Source: Nitrospiraceae bacterium
GTDB lineage: Bacteria > Nitrospirota > Nitrospiria > Nitrospirales > Nitrospiraceae
Assembly: GCA_041629275.1 (NCBI GenBank)
Contig: JBFKNO010000001.1
Span: 1 to 39,673 of the forward strand
Direction of reading: 5' to 3'
Length of the DNA stretch: 39,673 nt
This document shows, piece by piece, positions 1 to 7,673 of this stretch. Below the pieces are notes generated by a model, which was not told the DNA's origin, made no database searches, and saw nothing but the letters and a program-made list of their open reading frames with translations. Both the position numbers and the translations under genes were made by a program. The stretch's first letter is position 1. Every line of letters starts with the position of its first letter.

Positions 1-234
1 CGAGTTCCGCCGGGGCAAGGGATCGAAAGCGGAGGTCGATGGGTTCGACGAATCAGGCACGTGGCGGGTCGAGGTTCGCGAACAGGCGCCGCGTCTCGTG
101 CTCCAGGTACCGCATGCGCTGCCGCAGGAGCATCGGCTCGCCGGTCAGGACGAGGCGGTGACGCTCGACGAGGAGGTCATCGAGCGGAGCGTGAGCAATC
201 GGTGCTTCTAGAACCGTGACGGAGAACGCCGCCG

Positions 235-654
235 CTATTGTTGCAGCTCTCGGACGAGGTCCTTGACGAAGAACTTGAACCGGGCGTTCTGCTCCGGCTG
301 CATATAGAGGGTTTCCAGCCCGAATTCCTGGCCGCGGGACCATCGCACGATGGCCCGCTCGATCGTCATCGGGACCTGGTGGTCGGGGAGGAACACGCAG
401 AGGGCGAGCACCGTTCCCACCAGCACATCGTGCTCGCCGTCCACGCGCCAGCCCTTCCGCGAGAAATTCCAGACGGTCCCCTGAGCAATGAATTTCTCGC
501 AGAGGTAGAAGACGGGACACTGCATCGAGAAACGTCGATACGTCCGGATTTGGAAATCCATCTCCGTGCTCTCGGGCTCGTCGTGCCAAAGTCGACAGGT
601 CATCGGGTCCGCCTCTGCAGCGTCGGGGCGCGCGCGGTCGGTGGTAGTTGCCAC
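235..654 (-). CDS. PilZ domain protein (c-di-GMP receptor family)
   Basis: 139 aa ORF. It has an RxxxR-type motif (IRTYRRF) followed by NFSRKG (D/NxSxxG), which is the usual PilZ spacing. The rest is beta-rich sequence. Confidence 0.7.
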   Translation of the reverse strand: MATTTDRARPDAAEADPMTCRLWHDEPESTEMDFQIRTYRRFSMQCPVFYLCEKFIAQGTVWNFSRKGWRVDGEHDVLVGTVLALCVFLPDHQVPMTIERAIVRWSRGQEFGLETLYMQPEQNARFKFFVKDLVRELQQ

Positions 655-837
655 GGATTGACCTTACATGTATGGCGTGAACGAGCCACTCCGTCCAAGT
701 CCGCTTATGGGGGAGCGGCATCGACCCTTTGCAGGGGGCCTGGTGAGGACCTTCCGGAGGCGGGGGTCGTGAGCATGGTTGACGGAATGGGTAGAGCTGG
801 CTACAGTCCCTTGTCCCAAAAGAGGGGGAGCGGCGAC

Positions 838-1908
838 ATGAGTCGGACACAGCGAGCAGCGGGTCTTGTGGGGCCGATCGTAGCCCGGTCATGGGCCCGC
901 TGGCAGATGCTGGGCCTGTGCCTGGCCCTCGGGTTGTCGATGATCCCGCTCGCCCCGCAGGCGGCGGCAGCAGAAACGGAAGCCGAACGTCCAGCCGCTC
1001 CGATTGATCGGGCCAAGCGGGCCACCGTCGGGATTCTGCAGGACGATCAGGGGACAGCCGCACCCACGAAAGCCCATTTCTCAATTCGCGGCACCGGGGT
1101 CCATCTGCACGACGGCCACATCGTGACGGCCCGCCACGCCGTCACGCGGCAGGAGGGCGGCCAAACCGTCCTGGCCGAGACGATCGGGGTGCTCACCGAG
1201 GACTTTCACGAGCTCCCTGCGAGGCTGGTCGGCTTCAGCGAGTTCGTGGATCTGGCGGTGTACCGCGTGGACCCGGAGGCCGCCTCCTCCGTCCTCGGGA
1301 CCGTCTTCCTCGGCGCGCAGGAGCCGGACCCCGGCGACGAGGTGTTCACCGTTGGCTACCCGCTTGGCTGGGGCCCCACCGTCGGGTTCGGCCACGTTGG
1401 CAATCCCGAAACCTTCCTCCCCACCCTGCCGTCCCGGCTCCTGCAGCTGGACCTGGCGGCCTGCAGCGGCAACTCGGGCGGAGGGCTCTTCAACACGGGC
1501 GGCGACCTCGTGGGGTTCGTGCATGCCATCATTCAGACCGAAGGACCGGAGCGGGAACGGCGATGCAGCCGGATGGCCTTCGGGGTGCCCGCGCAATTGG
1601 CCGGCCGGATCATCACGGCCCTCATCAAGGGTGAGCGGGCCGGCTTTCCTCGGCTGGGCCTCGGGCTGACCTCCGCCAAGGTCGGCACGCAATGGCTGGT
1701 GGCCGTGTCCAGTGCGACCGGACCGGCACGGGAAGCCGGATTCGAGAAGGGGGATATCCTCCTCGCCATTGAGGGGACCGCGGTGGTCTCGGCCGCCCAA
1801 CTAAAGAGTTACCTCCTCGAGCGGACACGCCCGGGCCAGCAGGTGCGCATGACGGTGCTGCGGGATCGTGCAGAGATCGCCCTCGTGGTCACTCTGGGCA
1901 GCTCCTGA
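838..1908 (+). CDS. S1C (HtrA/DegP-like) serine protease with C-terminal PDZ domain
   Basis: Internal ATG of the 238..1908 ORF, followed by a signal-like segment (WQMLGLCLALGLSMIPLAPQAAAA). Catalytic triad contexts are TARHAV, DLAVYRV and GNSGGGLF. A PDZ-like tail follows (GFEKGDILLAIEGTAV...). The start codon is uncertain. Confidence 0.85.
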   Translation: MSRTQRAAGLVGPIVARSWARWQMLGLCLALGLSMIPLAPQAAAAETEAERPAAPIDRAKRATVGILQDDQGTAAPTKAHFSIRGTGVHLHDGHIVTARHAVTRQEGGQTVLAETIGVLTEDFHELPARLVGFSEFVDLAVYRVDPEAASSVLGTVFLGAQEPDPGDEVFTVGYPLGWGPTVGFGHVGNPETFLPTLPSRLLQLDLAACSGNSGGGLFNTGGDLVGFVHAIIQTEGPERERRCSRMAFGVPAQLAGRIITALIKGERAGFPRLGLGLTSAKVGTQWLVAVSSATGPAREAGFEKGDILLAIEGTAVVSAAQLKSYLLERTRPGQQVRMTVLRDRAEIALVVTLGSS

Positions 1909-2092
1909 GGCCCCCCGCGAAAAACCTCGCCCTGTCCCCTCCATTGGGGACCCCTGAAACACGTTGATTTTTGGTAAAAAAATAAAGTTAGGGTAGATCC
2001 CTGGAACGAGTCCGTCGTTTGCTATCCTTGGAAGGGATGGCAGATCTGCCCTGCCATGGACGGTAGGTCTCACTTTTGACAAAGGTGAACCC

Positions 2093-2362
2093 ATGAACCG
2101 ACGAGCGTTTCTGAGACACTCCGGTGTAACCGCGCTGGGCCTCGCCGCGATACCGATCGCCTCGGCCCTGCGCCTCTGGTCCGGCACGGCTCACGCACAA
2201 GACGACGACGTCGAGACCGATCTCGAGAGCTATCACCTGACGGAAGAAGAGGTGATTGAGCTGACGCTCAATTACGCCGACAGCTACGCCGATGTCCCGC
2301 CTGGCGTCAACATCAGGGAATCCCTGCTCGCGCGCTTGCTCAAGGACAAGGCCGGCTCCTAA
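2093..2362 (+). CDS. small secreted protein with twin-arginine (Tat) signal, function unknown
   Basis: [11 protein letters not shown]...AHA signal with an RR-x-F-L motif. RBS-like AAAGGTGAA lies upstream. The mature part is acidic, about 55 aa. Confidence 0.55.
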   Translation: MNRRAFLRHSGVTALGLAAIPIASALRLWSGTAHAQDDDVETDLESYHLTEEEVIELTLNYADSYADVPPGVNIRESLLARLLKDKAGS

Positions 2363-2400
2363 TCGGTCCAGCGCTCCGGCGCCACCGCACCTCAAGAGAA

Positions 2401-2462
2401 GTTCCAGGTCTCAGGTTCCGGCAGCAGGGCCTGCCCCTGCTCTCGGAACCTGAAACCTGGAG
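2401..2462. repeat. long imperfect palindrome built from two inverted copies of a GTTCCAGGTYTCAGGTTCC-type intergenic repeat
   Basis: The left arm is TCCAGGTCTCAGGTTCCGGCAGCAGGG. The reverse complement of the right arm is TCCAGGTTTCAGGTTCCGAGAGCAGGG, giving 27 nt arms with 3 mismatches. It lies 39 nt after the TAA at 2360-2362. Related copies are at 8965-8986 and 16101-16160. Confidence 0.7.
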
Positions 2463-2580
2463 GGTGGAACCCTTCCCTCCCCGCTTCCCTCTTCAGGGCT
2501 TCGCTTTTCTCCCGACAATGGTACAATGCGCGCAACGCGCGTCCGTGCCGTCCCCGGGCGCGGGCCGGGAGCGTGAGCGC

Positions 2581-3495
2581 ATGGGTCAGGAGCAGAGCCA
2601 GCGGCACTCGGGCAGCAAGATCCAGAAGCGTCTCTGCCGGTTGGTCGGGCAAGCGATCGCCGACTACGCCATGATCGAGCATGGCGACAGGGTCATGGTT
2701 TGCCTCTCCGGTGGGAAGGACAGCTACGGCTTGTTGGATCTGCTCCTGCTCCTGCGCCGGCGCGCGCCCATTCGCTTCGAGATCGTTGCCGTCAATCTCG
2801 ATCAGCGCCAGCCCGGCTTCCCTGAAGAAGTCCTGCCCGACTACTTGCGCCGTATCGGCGTCCCCTATCACATCGAGACCGAGGACACCTACTCGGTCGT
2901 CACGCGCCTCATCCCCGAGGGCGAGACGCCCTGCTCGCTCTGCTCGCGGCTCCGCCGGGGGATTCTGTATCGCGTGGCAGCCGAGCTCGGGGCGACGAAG
3001 ATCGCGCTCGGCCATCACCGGGACGACATCGTCGAGACGCTGCTGCTGAACATGATGTTCGCCGGACGGCTCAAGGCCATGCCGCCGAAGCTGCTGTCGA
3101 GCAACCGGCGCCACATGGTGATCAGGCCGTTGGCCTACGTGAGGGAGGACGATCTCGCACGCTACGCGGAGGAGCGCCAGTTCCCGATCATTCCCTGCGA
3201 CCTCTGCGGGTCCCGTGAGGATCTGAAGCGAAATCAGGTCAAGACGCTTTTGAAGCAGCTGGAGCAGCGGTTCGCGGGATGCGGAGACAACATGTTCGCC
3301 GCCCTCTCGCGCGTCGTGCCATCCCACCTGATGGACCGCGGTCTCTTCGACTTTTCCGCCCTGCAGGTGAGCGAGGTGCCGACGGACGATGGATCGGCTG
3401 AAAATGATTTCGAGCGCTGGGAAGACCTCGCCACAAGCACCACACCCGTCCGATCTCCCTCACCCTCCCCTCTTCCCCTGCGGGAAAGAGGGTGA
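2581..3495 (+). CDS. ttcA: tRNA 2-thiocytidine biosynthesis protein TtcA (PP-loop ATPase)
   Basis: It carries the SGGKDS PP-loop, [23 protein letters not shown] and IPCDLCGS motifs. The start is placed at MGQEQ (2581) inside the 2464..3495 ORF. Confidence 0.85.
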   Translation: MGQEQSQRHSGSKIQKRLCRLVGQAIADYAMIEHGDRVMVCLSGGKDSYGLLDLLLLLRRRAPIRFEIVAVNLDQRQPGFPEEVLPDYLRRIGVPYHIETEDTYSVVTRLIPEGETPCSLCSRLRRGILYRVAAELGATKIALGHHRDDIVETLLLNMMFAGRLKAMPPKLLSSNRRHMVIRPLAYVREDDLARYAEERQFPIIPCDLCGSREDLKRNQVKTLLKQLEQRFAGCGDNMFAALSRVVPSHLMDRGLFDFSALQVSEVPTDDGSAENDFERWEDLATSTTPVRSPSPSPLPLRERG

Positions 3496-3500
3496 GGGGG
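3457..3500. repeat. GC-rich REP-like hairpin (CCCTCACCCTC...GAGGGTGAGGG type), probable terminator
   Basis: CCCTCACCCTCCCCTCTTCCC-ctgc-GGGAAAGAGGGTGAGGGGG is an imperfect inverted repeat followed by ttgccgctcttttt. It overlaps the last 13 codons and the stop of ttcA. A similar element is at 17857-17895. Confidence 0.6.
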
Positions 3501-3512
3501 TTGCCGCTCTTT

Positions 3513-3599
3513 TTACCGAGGCACGACTGGTCCCATGATCAGAAAGTAGACCATCAGCGAAAACGCAATGATGACGAGCCAGATCTGCCAGAACTTCAT
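3513..3599 (-). CDS. possible 28-aa hydrophobic micro-protein
   Basis: The ORF encodes MKFWQIWLVIIAFSLMVYFLIMGPVVPR, with GAGG 9 nt upstream of the ATG. It is a single predicted TM helix and is too short for the ORF track. Confidence 0.3.
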   Translation of the reverse strand: MKFWQIWLVIIAFSLMVYFLIMGPVVPR

Positions 3600-3732
3600 T
3601 CGCCCAACCTCGGTGCCAACATGCGGGTCACAGGTGAGCGTTCCTAGAGCAGGTTCGTACGTCATGAGGCTCGCGTTGCAGTCTCACCTCTCGCTCCTGG
3701 CTCCCTACGCCTGACTCCTTGCGCCTCTCGAT

Positions 3733-4359
3733 CTATGTTCCCGAGAGCTCCCGCCGATGTGACTTCGAGGAGCGTCGCCATTCTTCGAGGTGCTTCACGA
3801 CCAGTTCCTCCAGTTCGGCCCACGAGCTCGCGCGGGGTGGCGGAAGGTGCCCGTTGGTGGAATTGGAAAAGACGATGGTGGCGTGACCGTCCCGGCGCAG
3901 ATGCTCGATGTTGTGCGGCGAATCCTCGACATAGAGATCGGCTCCGACCGCGGCCTTGTCCTTCATGAAACACAGGTCCCAGAACGGAATGCCGTGGTAG
4001 TCGAGCCATTCAATGGTCTGCTGGATGGCCTGCTGATGAAAGTACTTGATGAAGAGGCGGTGGGTGATGATGCGGATCCGCAGGTCGCAAGCCGACAAGC
4101 GCCGCAACGCGGCGGGCGCGCCGGGCATGGGCTCCAGCGTCCGAAACAGGTTTCGCTGCGTGACGGCGAAGCGGTGGAGCGCTTCATACCCGCCGGCGTT
4201 GTCCAGCGACCACTCACTGAGATTGTACGTCACCTGTTCGGTGAGCCGGTCGACAGGGACATCGAGCCATTCCGCGGCGACCTGCCGCAAGCCGCCGTAG
4301 AAGTCGGCGACCACCCCGTCGAGATCGACTCCGAGCACGAAGCGGGGCCCGTTCTCCAT
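3733..4359 (-). CDS. HAD-superfamily 5'(3')-deoxyribonucleotidase-like phosphatase
   Basis: The N-terminal [12 protein letters not shown] is a DxDGV HAD motif I in the NT5C-like context. Size is 208 aa. Confidence 0.7.
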   Translation of the reverse strand: MENGPRFVLGVDLDGVVADFYGGLRQVAAEWLDVPVDRLTEQVTYNLSEWSLDNAGGYEALHRFAVTQRNLFRTLEPMPGAPAALRRLSACDLRIRIITHRLFIKYFHQQAIQQTIEWLDYHGIPFWDLCFMKDKAAVGADLYVEDSPHNIEHLRRDGHATIVFSNSTNGHLPPPRASSWAELEELVVKHLEEWRRSSKSHRRELSGT

Positions 4360-4413
4360 GGGCGGACCTTAGCGCAGGTCGTATGAGAAGTCCACCTTGC
4401 CAAAAAGTTTCTG

Positions 4414-4442
4414 TTGTCATGAAGCCGTGTGTTCCGTATGAT
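4414..4442 (+). promoter_or_regulatory. sigma70-like promoter candidate
   Basis: TTGTCA (4414-4419), an exact 17-nt spacer, then TATGAT (4437-4442). It sits in the divergent intergenic region upstream of the lipoprotein gene. Confidence 0.4.
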
Positions 4443-4601
4443 CCGCCTGCCATCGGCTCACTTCTCTGCCCAGCGCGCATGGATCGATCCCGACAAAAGC
4501 ACCAGACGGACGGACCGTTCACCCACCTTCGCAGAAAACCAGAAATCCCCGGCCTTTATAGCCTGAGCTATTTCAAGGGAGTAGGCTCGAGCCGTGGAGG
4601 A

Positions 4602-5468
4602 ATGCGAATCGTGCGTCCGCCGAGGCCCTGGCGAATGCCGGCTACCTCGGCGGGCTCTGCCGGAGCTTTCATAGGCGTAGCGGCCGTGAAGCCCGCGGGC
4701 CCCATATTCTTGGTCGCTGCCCTCCTTGCACTGGCGACGGTGGCCTTTGGTTGCGCAGGCCCCCTGCGGCAATGGGGCGAGGAAGTCTCCCTCGTCTCCG
4801 TATCGCCTTCGTTTGATCCCCAGACGCTGACACGAGCTCGGGTGGTCGTACTGAACGGGGTCGTTGGGTTTGGCCTTGAGGGGTACGCGGTACAGGTGTC
4901 GCGCTCGTTGTCTCAGGTGCTGGGAGAAAACGATCTTGGCCTGAACGTGGGTCCCGCGCAACAAGCGATGAGCGACATTAATCAACAAGGACTTGCCTCC
5001 CCCTATGCGAGGATGATGAGCGAGTATATCCACAGCGGGATTCTCGACCGTGCCACGCTGGAGAAGATCGGCCACGCCGTGGGTGCCCGCTACATCGCGC
5101 TTCCGAGCATGGCAGCCTTCAGCCAAAGTGCCTCCGCGCGCTTGTCTTTCTTTGGCCTCCGGGTCTTTCAAACGAGGATCTCGATGCTGCGCCTATCCCT
5201 CCAGCTCTGGGATGCGCGATCTGGCGAGATCGTCTGGGAGGCGTCCGGAGAAGCAACGCTGGCAAACGAAGACATCCGGGAGTTCCGGATTCCCTTTGAA
5301 GATATTGCGCGACGGCTGTGGCGTCGTCTGCTGTTAGATCTGAAGCCCGCGGCGACGGAGAAAGAGGACGACCTCGGCCGGGCGAAAAACGGCCCTTGGA
5401 ATAGCGCTCGGGTCACAGCAGGTTTGCGTGAATGCGGGCTCGTCCAGTGCGGCACGTTAGCACGATGA
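4602..5468 (+). CDS. putative lipoprotein, function unknown
   Basis: The hydrophobic segment PIFLVAALLALATVAFGC ends in a lipobox-like AFGC. GGAGG lies just upstream of ATG 4602, but the spacing is short, so the start is uncertain. Confidence 0.55.
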   Translation: MRIVRPPRPWRMPATSAGSAGAFIGVAAVKPAGPIFLVAALLALATVAFGCAGPLRQWGEEVSLVSVSPSFDPQTLTRARVVVLNGVVGFGLEGYAVQVSRSLSQVLGENDLGLNVGPAQQAMSDINQQGLASPYARMMSEYIHSGILDRATLEKIGHAVGARYIALPSMAAFSQSASARLSFFGLRVFQTRISMLRLSLQLWDARSGEIVWEASGEATLANEDIREFRIPFEDIARRLWRRLLLDLKPAATEKEDDLGRAKNGPWNSARVTAGLRECGLVQCGTLAR

Positions 5469-6311
5469 AGCGCCTCCTGTTGTCCAACGTCCTCGTCGCA
5501 ACCATGCTATGCCGACAATCGCGAGGAGGAGCCCGGCCGCGTCGAGCCAGAGCGGATGGAACTGGATCGGATCCGTGACGAGCGAAAAGCCGGGAATGGA
5601 CGGAAAGGTGAAGGAGACGAGAAGGGGAAACCCGTTGACGGCGGCGTGGCCGATCAGGCAGGGAACCAGCGATCGAAGGGCGAGGTAAAACCATCCGAAC
5701 AGGAGACCGAGGACGAACGCGCCGAGGAATTGCCAGGGGTTCACATGGAACAGGGCGAAGAGCATCGCCGTGACGACCACGGCAGAGCCGGCGCCGAACC
5801 GGCTCAGGAGCCCGCGCAGAATCAGGCCGCGAAACAGGAGCTCCTCCGTGATCGGAGCAACGAGCATGAGAAGAAAGATTGAGCCGGGCAACTGGCGCCA
5901 GTCCCCCGTGAACATCCAGGAGAAGTCGAGGGCCTTGGGTGGCGGGCCGATGATCGTGTGCGACACGTTGTCGAGCTCGCTGACCAGGATTCCCACGCCG
6001 ATGACGCAGGAAAGAATGGGCGCGACCAGGATCGGAGGAATCGGGCGCAAGCGGAGCAGTGCGGAAGTGCCGCCCGCTCGCCGCCACGCGTAGAGGATCA
6101 CCGGGCTCAACGAGAGGAGGTTGACGAACCCCCACAGGGCTGGGACGCGCATCAGGCTTTCTTGGCCGCCAAAGACCAGGGTGAAGCTCGTCCCGATGAC
6201 GGCTTGGAGCACAATCGCCAGCAGGAGGAGCCCCACGGCCTGCAGCAAGTTCGGGTAGATCCTCGGCGATGGGGCCAGGTCAGGATCGCGAAACAGGGGC
6301 GCGTCGTTCAT
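5457..6311 (-). CDS. CPBP family intramembrane glutamic endopeptidase (CAAX protease/Abi family)
   Basis: It has EELLFRG, FALFH and HAAVN motifs in a polytopic membrane protein. It overlaps the convergent upstream gene by 12 nt. Confidence 0.8.
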   Translation of the reverse strand: MNDAPLFRDPDLAPSPRIYPNLLQAVGLLLLAIVLQAVIGTSFTLVFGGQESLMRVPALWGFVNLLSLSPVILYAWRRAGGTSALLRLRPIPPILVAPILSCVIGVGILVSELDNVSHTIIGPPPKALDFSWMFTGDWRQLPGSIFLLMLVAPITEELLFRGLILRGLLSRFGAGSAVVVTAMLFALFHVNPWQFLGAFVLGLLFGWFYLALRSLVPCLIGHAAVNGFPLLVSFTFPSIPGFSLVTDPIQFHPLWLDAAGLLLAIVGIAWLRRGRWTTGGASSC

Positions 6312-6336
6312 GTCGGACAGTCGGTCGGTGCCGGGC

Positions 6337-7137
6337 TCAGTGGGGGCGAGAAGCCCCGGAAAATGTGAGTGTCACCTCTCGGTTCTCACCCGAGCGGAGC
6401 GTCACGCTTGTCTCCTGGTACCCCAAAATGGGGTGCCACGCACCGATCGTGTGTCGGCCGGCGGGCACATCCGACAGCTCGAAGCGCCCGGTCTCGCCGG
6501 TCACGGTAAAGTACGGGTTTGCGGCGACCAGCACCCAGGACTGCATGAACCGGTGCTGATCGCATTCAAGCTTCACCACGCTGCTGCGCCGGATCTCGAG
6601 CGTATGCGACTGCTGTTGACCCACGGCGAAATGGGGTAAGTGAAACAGGGGTAGACGGCCTTTGCTCAGGACCTCCCAGCCGCGAATCTGATGGATGATC
6701 GCGTCGCGCATCTCGAGACGAAGGGGTTGCCCGTAGAGGCCGGCTGTGACAAAGGGCTCGAAACGGCACTGGTCGATGGTCACGAGAGGACCCGCGGCGG
6801 GAAACGGCTTTCCGCGCGGGACCTCCTGAATGAACACGACGACATCCGCCATCTCACGGCGAGCGGTCACCCTCGCTTGCGGCAGCGTGACATAACCGGC
6901 CTCGTCGGCGATCCGCTTGCAGAATTCGGGGTCGGAGCCCCGCGTGACCTTGAAGCGGAGGGGCTCCGGGACGGGACCCTCCAGCATCACGACCCCCGAA
7001 ACCGTGCCACCGTCCCGAACGGGTCCTTGCTCGTAGGGCAAGGTCAACCCGGTCGCGGTGAGCAGGACCACCAGAAGACCGATCACGATCGGGCTCGTCT
7101 TGGACGGCATTGCTGCGCGTGGAGATACATGTCGCAT
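6337..7137 (-). CDS. exported cupredoxin-like protein with carboxypeptidase-regulatory-like fold segments
   Basis: It has an N-terminal TM/signal (IVIGLLVVLLTATGL). CDQHRFM fits the amicyanin-type CxxHxxM copper-ligand pattern, with an upstream His in IIHQIRG. The C-terminus has GRFELSDVPAGRHTIGAWHPILG. Confidence 0.5.
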   Translation of the reverse strand: MRHVSPRAAMPSKTSPIVIGLLVVLLTATGLTLPYEQGPVRDGGTVSGVVMLEGPVPEPLRFKVTRGSDPEFCKRIADEAGYVTLPQARVTARREMADVVVFIQEVPRGKPFPAAGPLVTIDQCRFEPFVTAGLYGQPLRLEMRDAIIHQIRGWEVLSKGRLPLFHLPHFAVGQQQSHTLEIRRSSVVKLECDQHRFMQSWVLVAANPYFTVTGETGRFELSDVPAGRHTIGAWHPILGYQETSVTLRSGENREVTLTFSGASRPH

Positions 7138-7249
7138 CGGAATTTCACCTTACCTGTAGGAGCGGGACAAATGCAATGCCGCAGACGTGCAGCTTCAGCG
7201 CTCAGGTTCCAAGCTCAACGTTCTATTCTCTTTTTCGGTCCGTGAGCCT

Positions 7250-7555
7250 TCAGCTCGAGGTGTCTCCAAGGGTGATGCCCAGGTCCGCCAGTTTCCTCGC
7301 GAACCCCTCTGGCGTATTCAGCGTGTGCACGATGCTGCCATCGTCCCGGACATAGGAGATGACGCCCCCGTCTATGAGGGGCACGACCAGGACGCGGTCT
7401 CTGGCGTTTTGGCTGATGAACTCCCGCACCGTGGCCTGTCGGCCCAGCAGCGTCTCGAAGGAAAGTCGTCGATCCTCGTTCACCAGGACGGACCGCCCGG
7501 GGCAATTCGGGATGGCCCTCCACTGCCAGCGATCGTGGAGCTCCCTACGCGTCAT
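7250..7555 (-). CDS. hypothetical protein (101 aa)
   Basis: High third-position G+C supports coding. I saw no recognisable motif and only a weak RBS. It is divergent from the BLUF gene. Confidence 0.45.
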   Translation of the reverse strand: MTRRELHDRWQWRAIPNCPGRSVLVNEDRRLSFETLLGRQATVREFISQNARDRVLVVPLIDGGVISYVRDDGSIVHTLNTPEGFARKLADLGITLGDTSS

Positions 7556-7559
7556 CGGG

Positions 7560-7588
7560 TTGCACGCATCTCACGTCTCTGTTATCAA
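7560..7588 (+). promoter_or_regulatory. weak sigma70-like promoter candidate upstream of the BLUF gene
   Basis: TTGCAC, a 17-nt spacer, then TATCAA. The last position of the -10 is non-consensus. Confidence 0.25.
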
Positions 7589-7673
7589 GAAGAGGACTCG
7601 GCTCTCAAGACACAGGCACACGACTACCCGATTGCATGGTTTCCTGCCCGCAGTTCATGCGAGGAGAACGATC

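Noticed and set aside
53-232. The 3' part of the 53..1084 frame has high third-position G+C and a protein-like tail (...LVERHRLVLTGEPMLLRQRMRYLEHETRRLFANLDPPRA)
   Set aside because: No ATG, GTG or TTG start exists downstream of the PilZ gene stop until a 26-codon remnant. It could be a gene fragment or use a rare start, so there is not enough to call it.
53-1084. 343-aa minus-strand ORF, and similar long ORFs at 1081..1800, 2392..3327, 12197..13159, 13538..14551, 16620..17909, 17831..18586, 18803..19813, 21290..22270, 24016..25233, 24212..25276, 30448..32121 and 35455..36423
   Set aside because: They lie antisense to, or out of frame with, genes that have clear family motifs. They are Arg/Pro/Gly/Ala-rich, as expected for shadow ORFs in high-GC DNA, and lack RBS or motifs.
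1934-1990. GTCCCC-tccatt-GGGGAC hairpin and an AT-rich TTGATTTTTGGTAAAAAAATAAAG patch after the HtrA-like gene, as a terminator/promoter pair
   Set aside because: The stem is only 6 bp, the T-run is not adjacent, and no -35/-10 pair with proper spacing could be fitted.
5457-5468. 12-nt overlap of convergent gene ends (lipoprotein gene and CPBP protease gene)
   Set aside because: This is common in compact genomes, and the end of the plus-strand ORF may simply be non-conserved tail.
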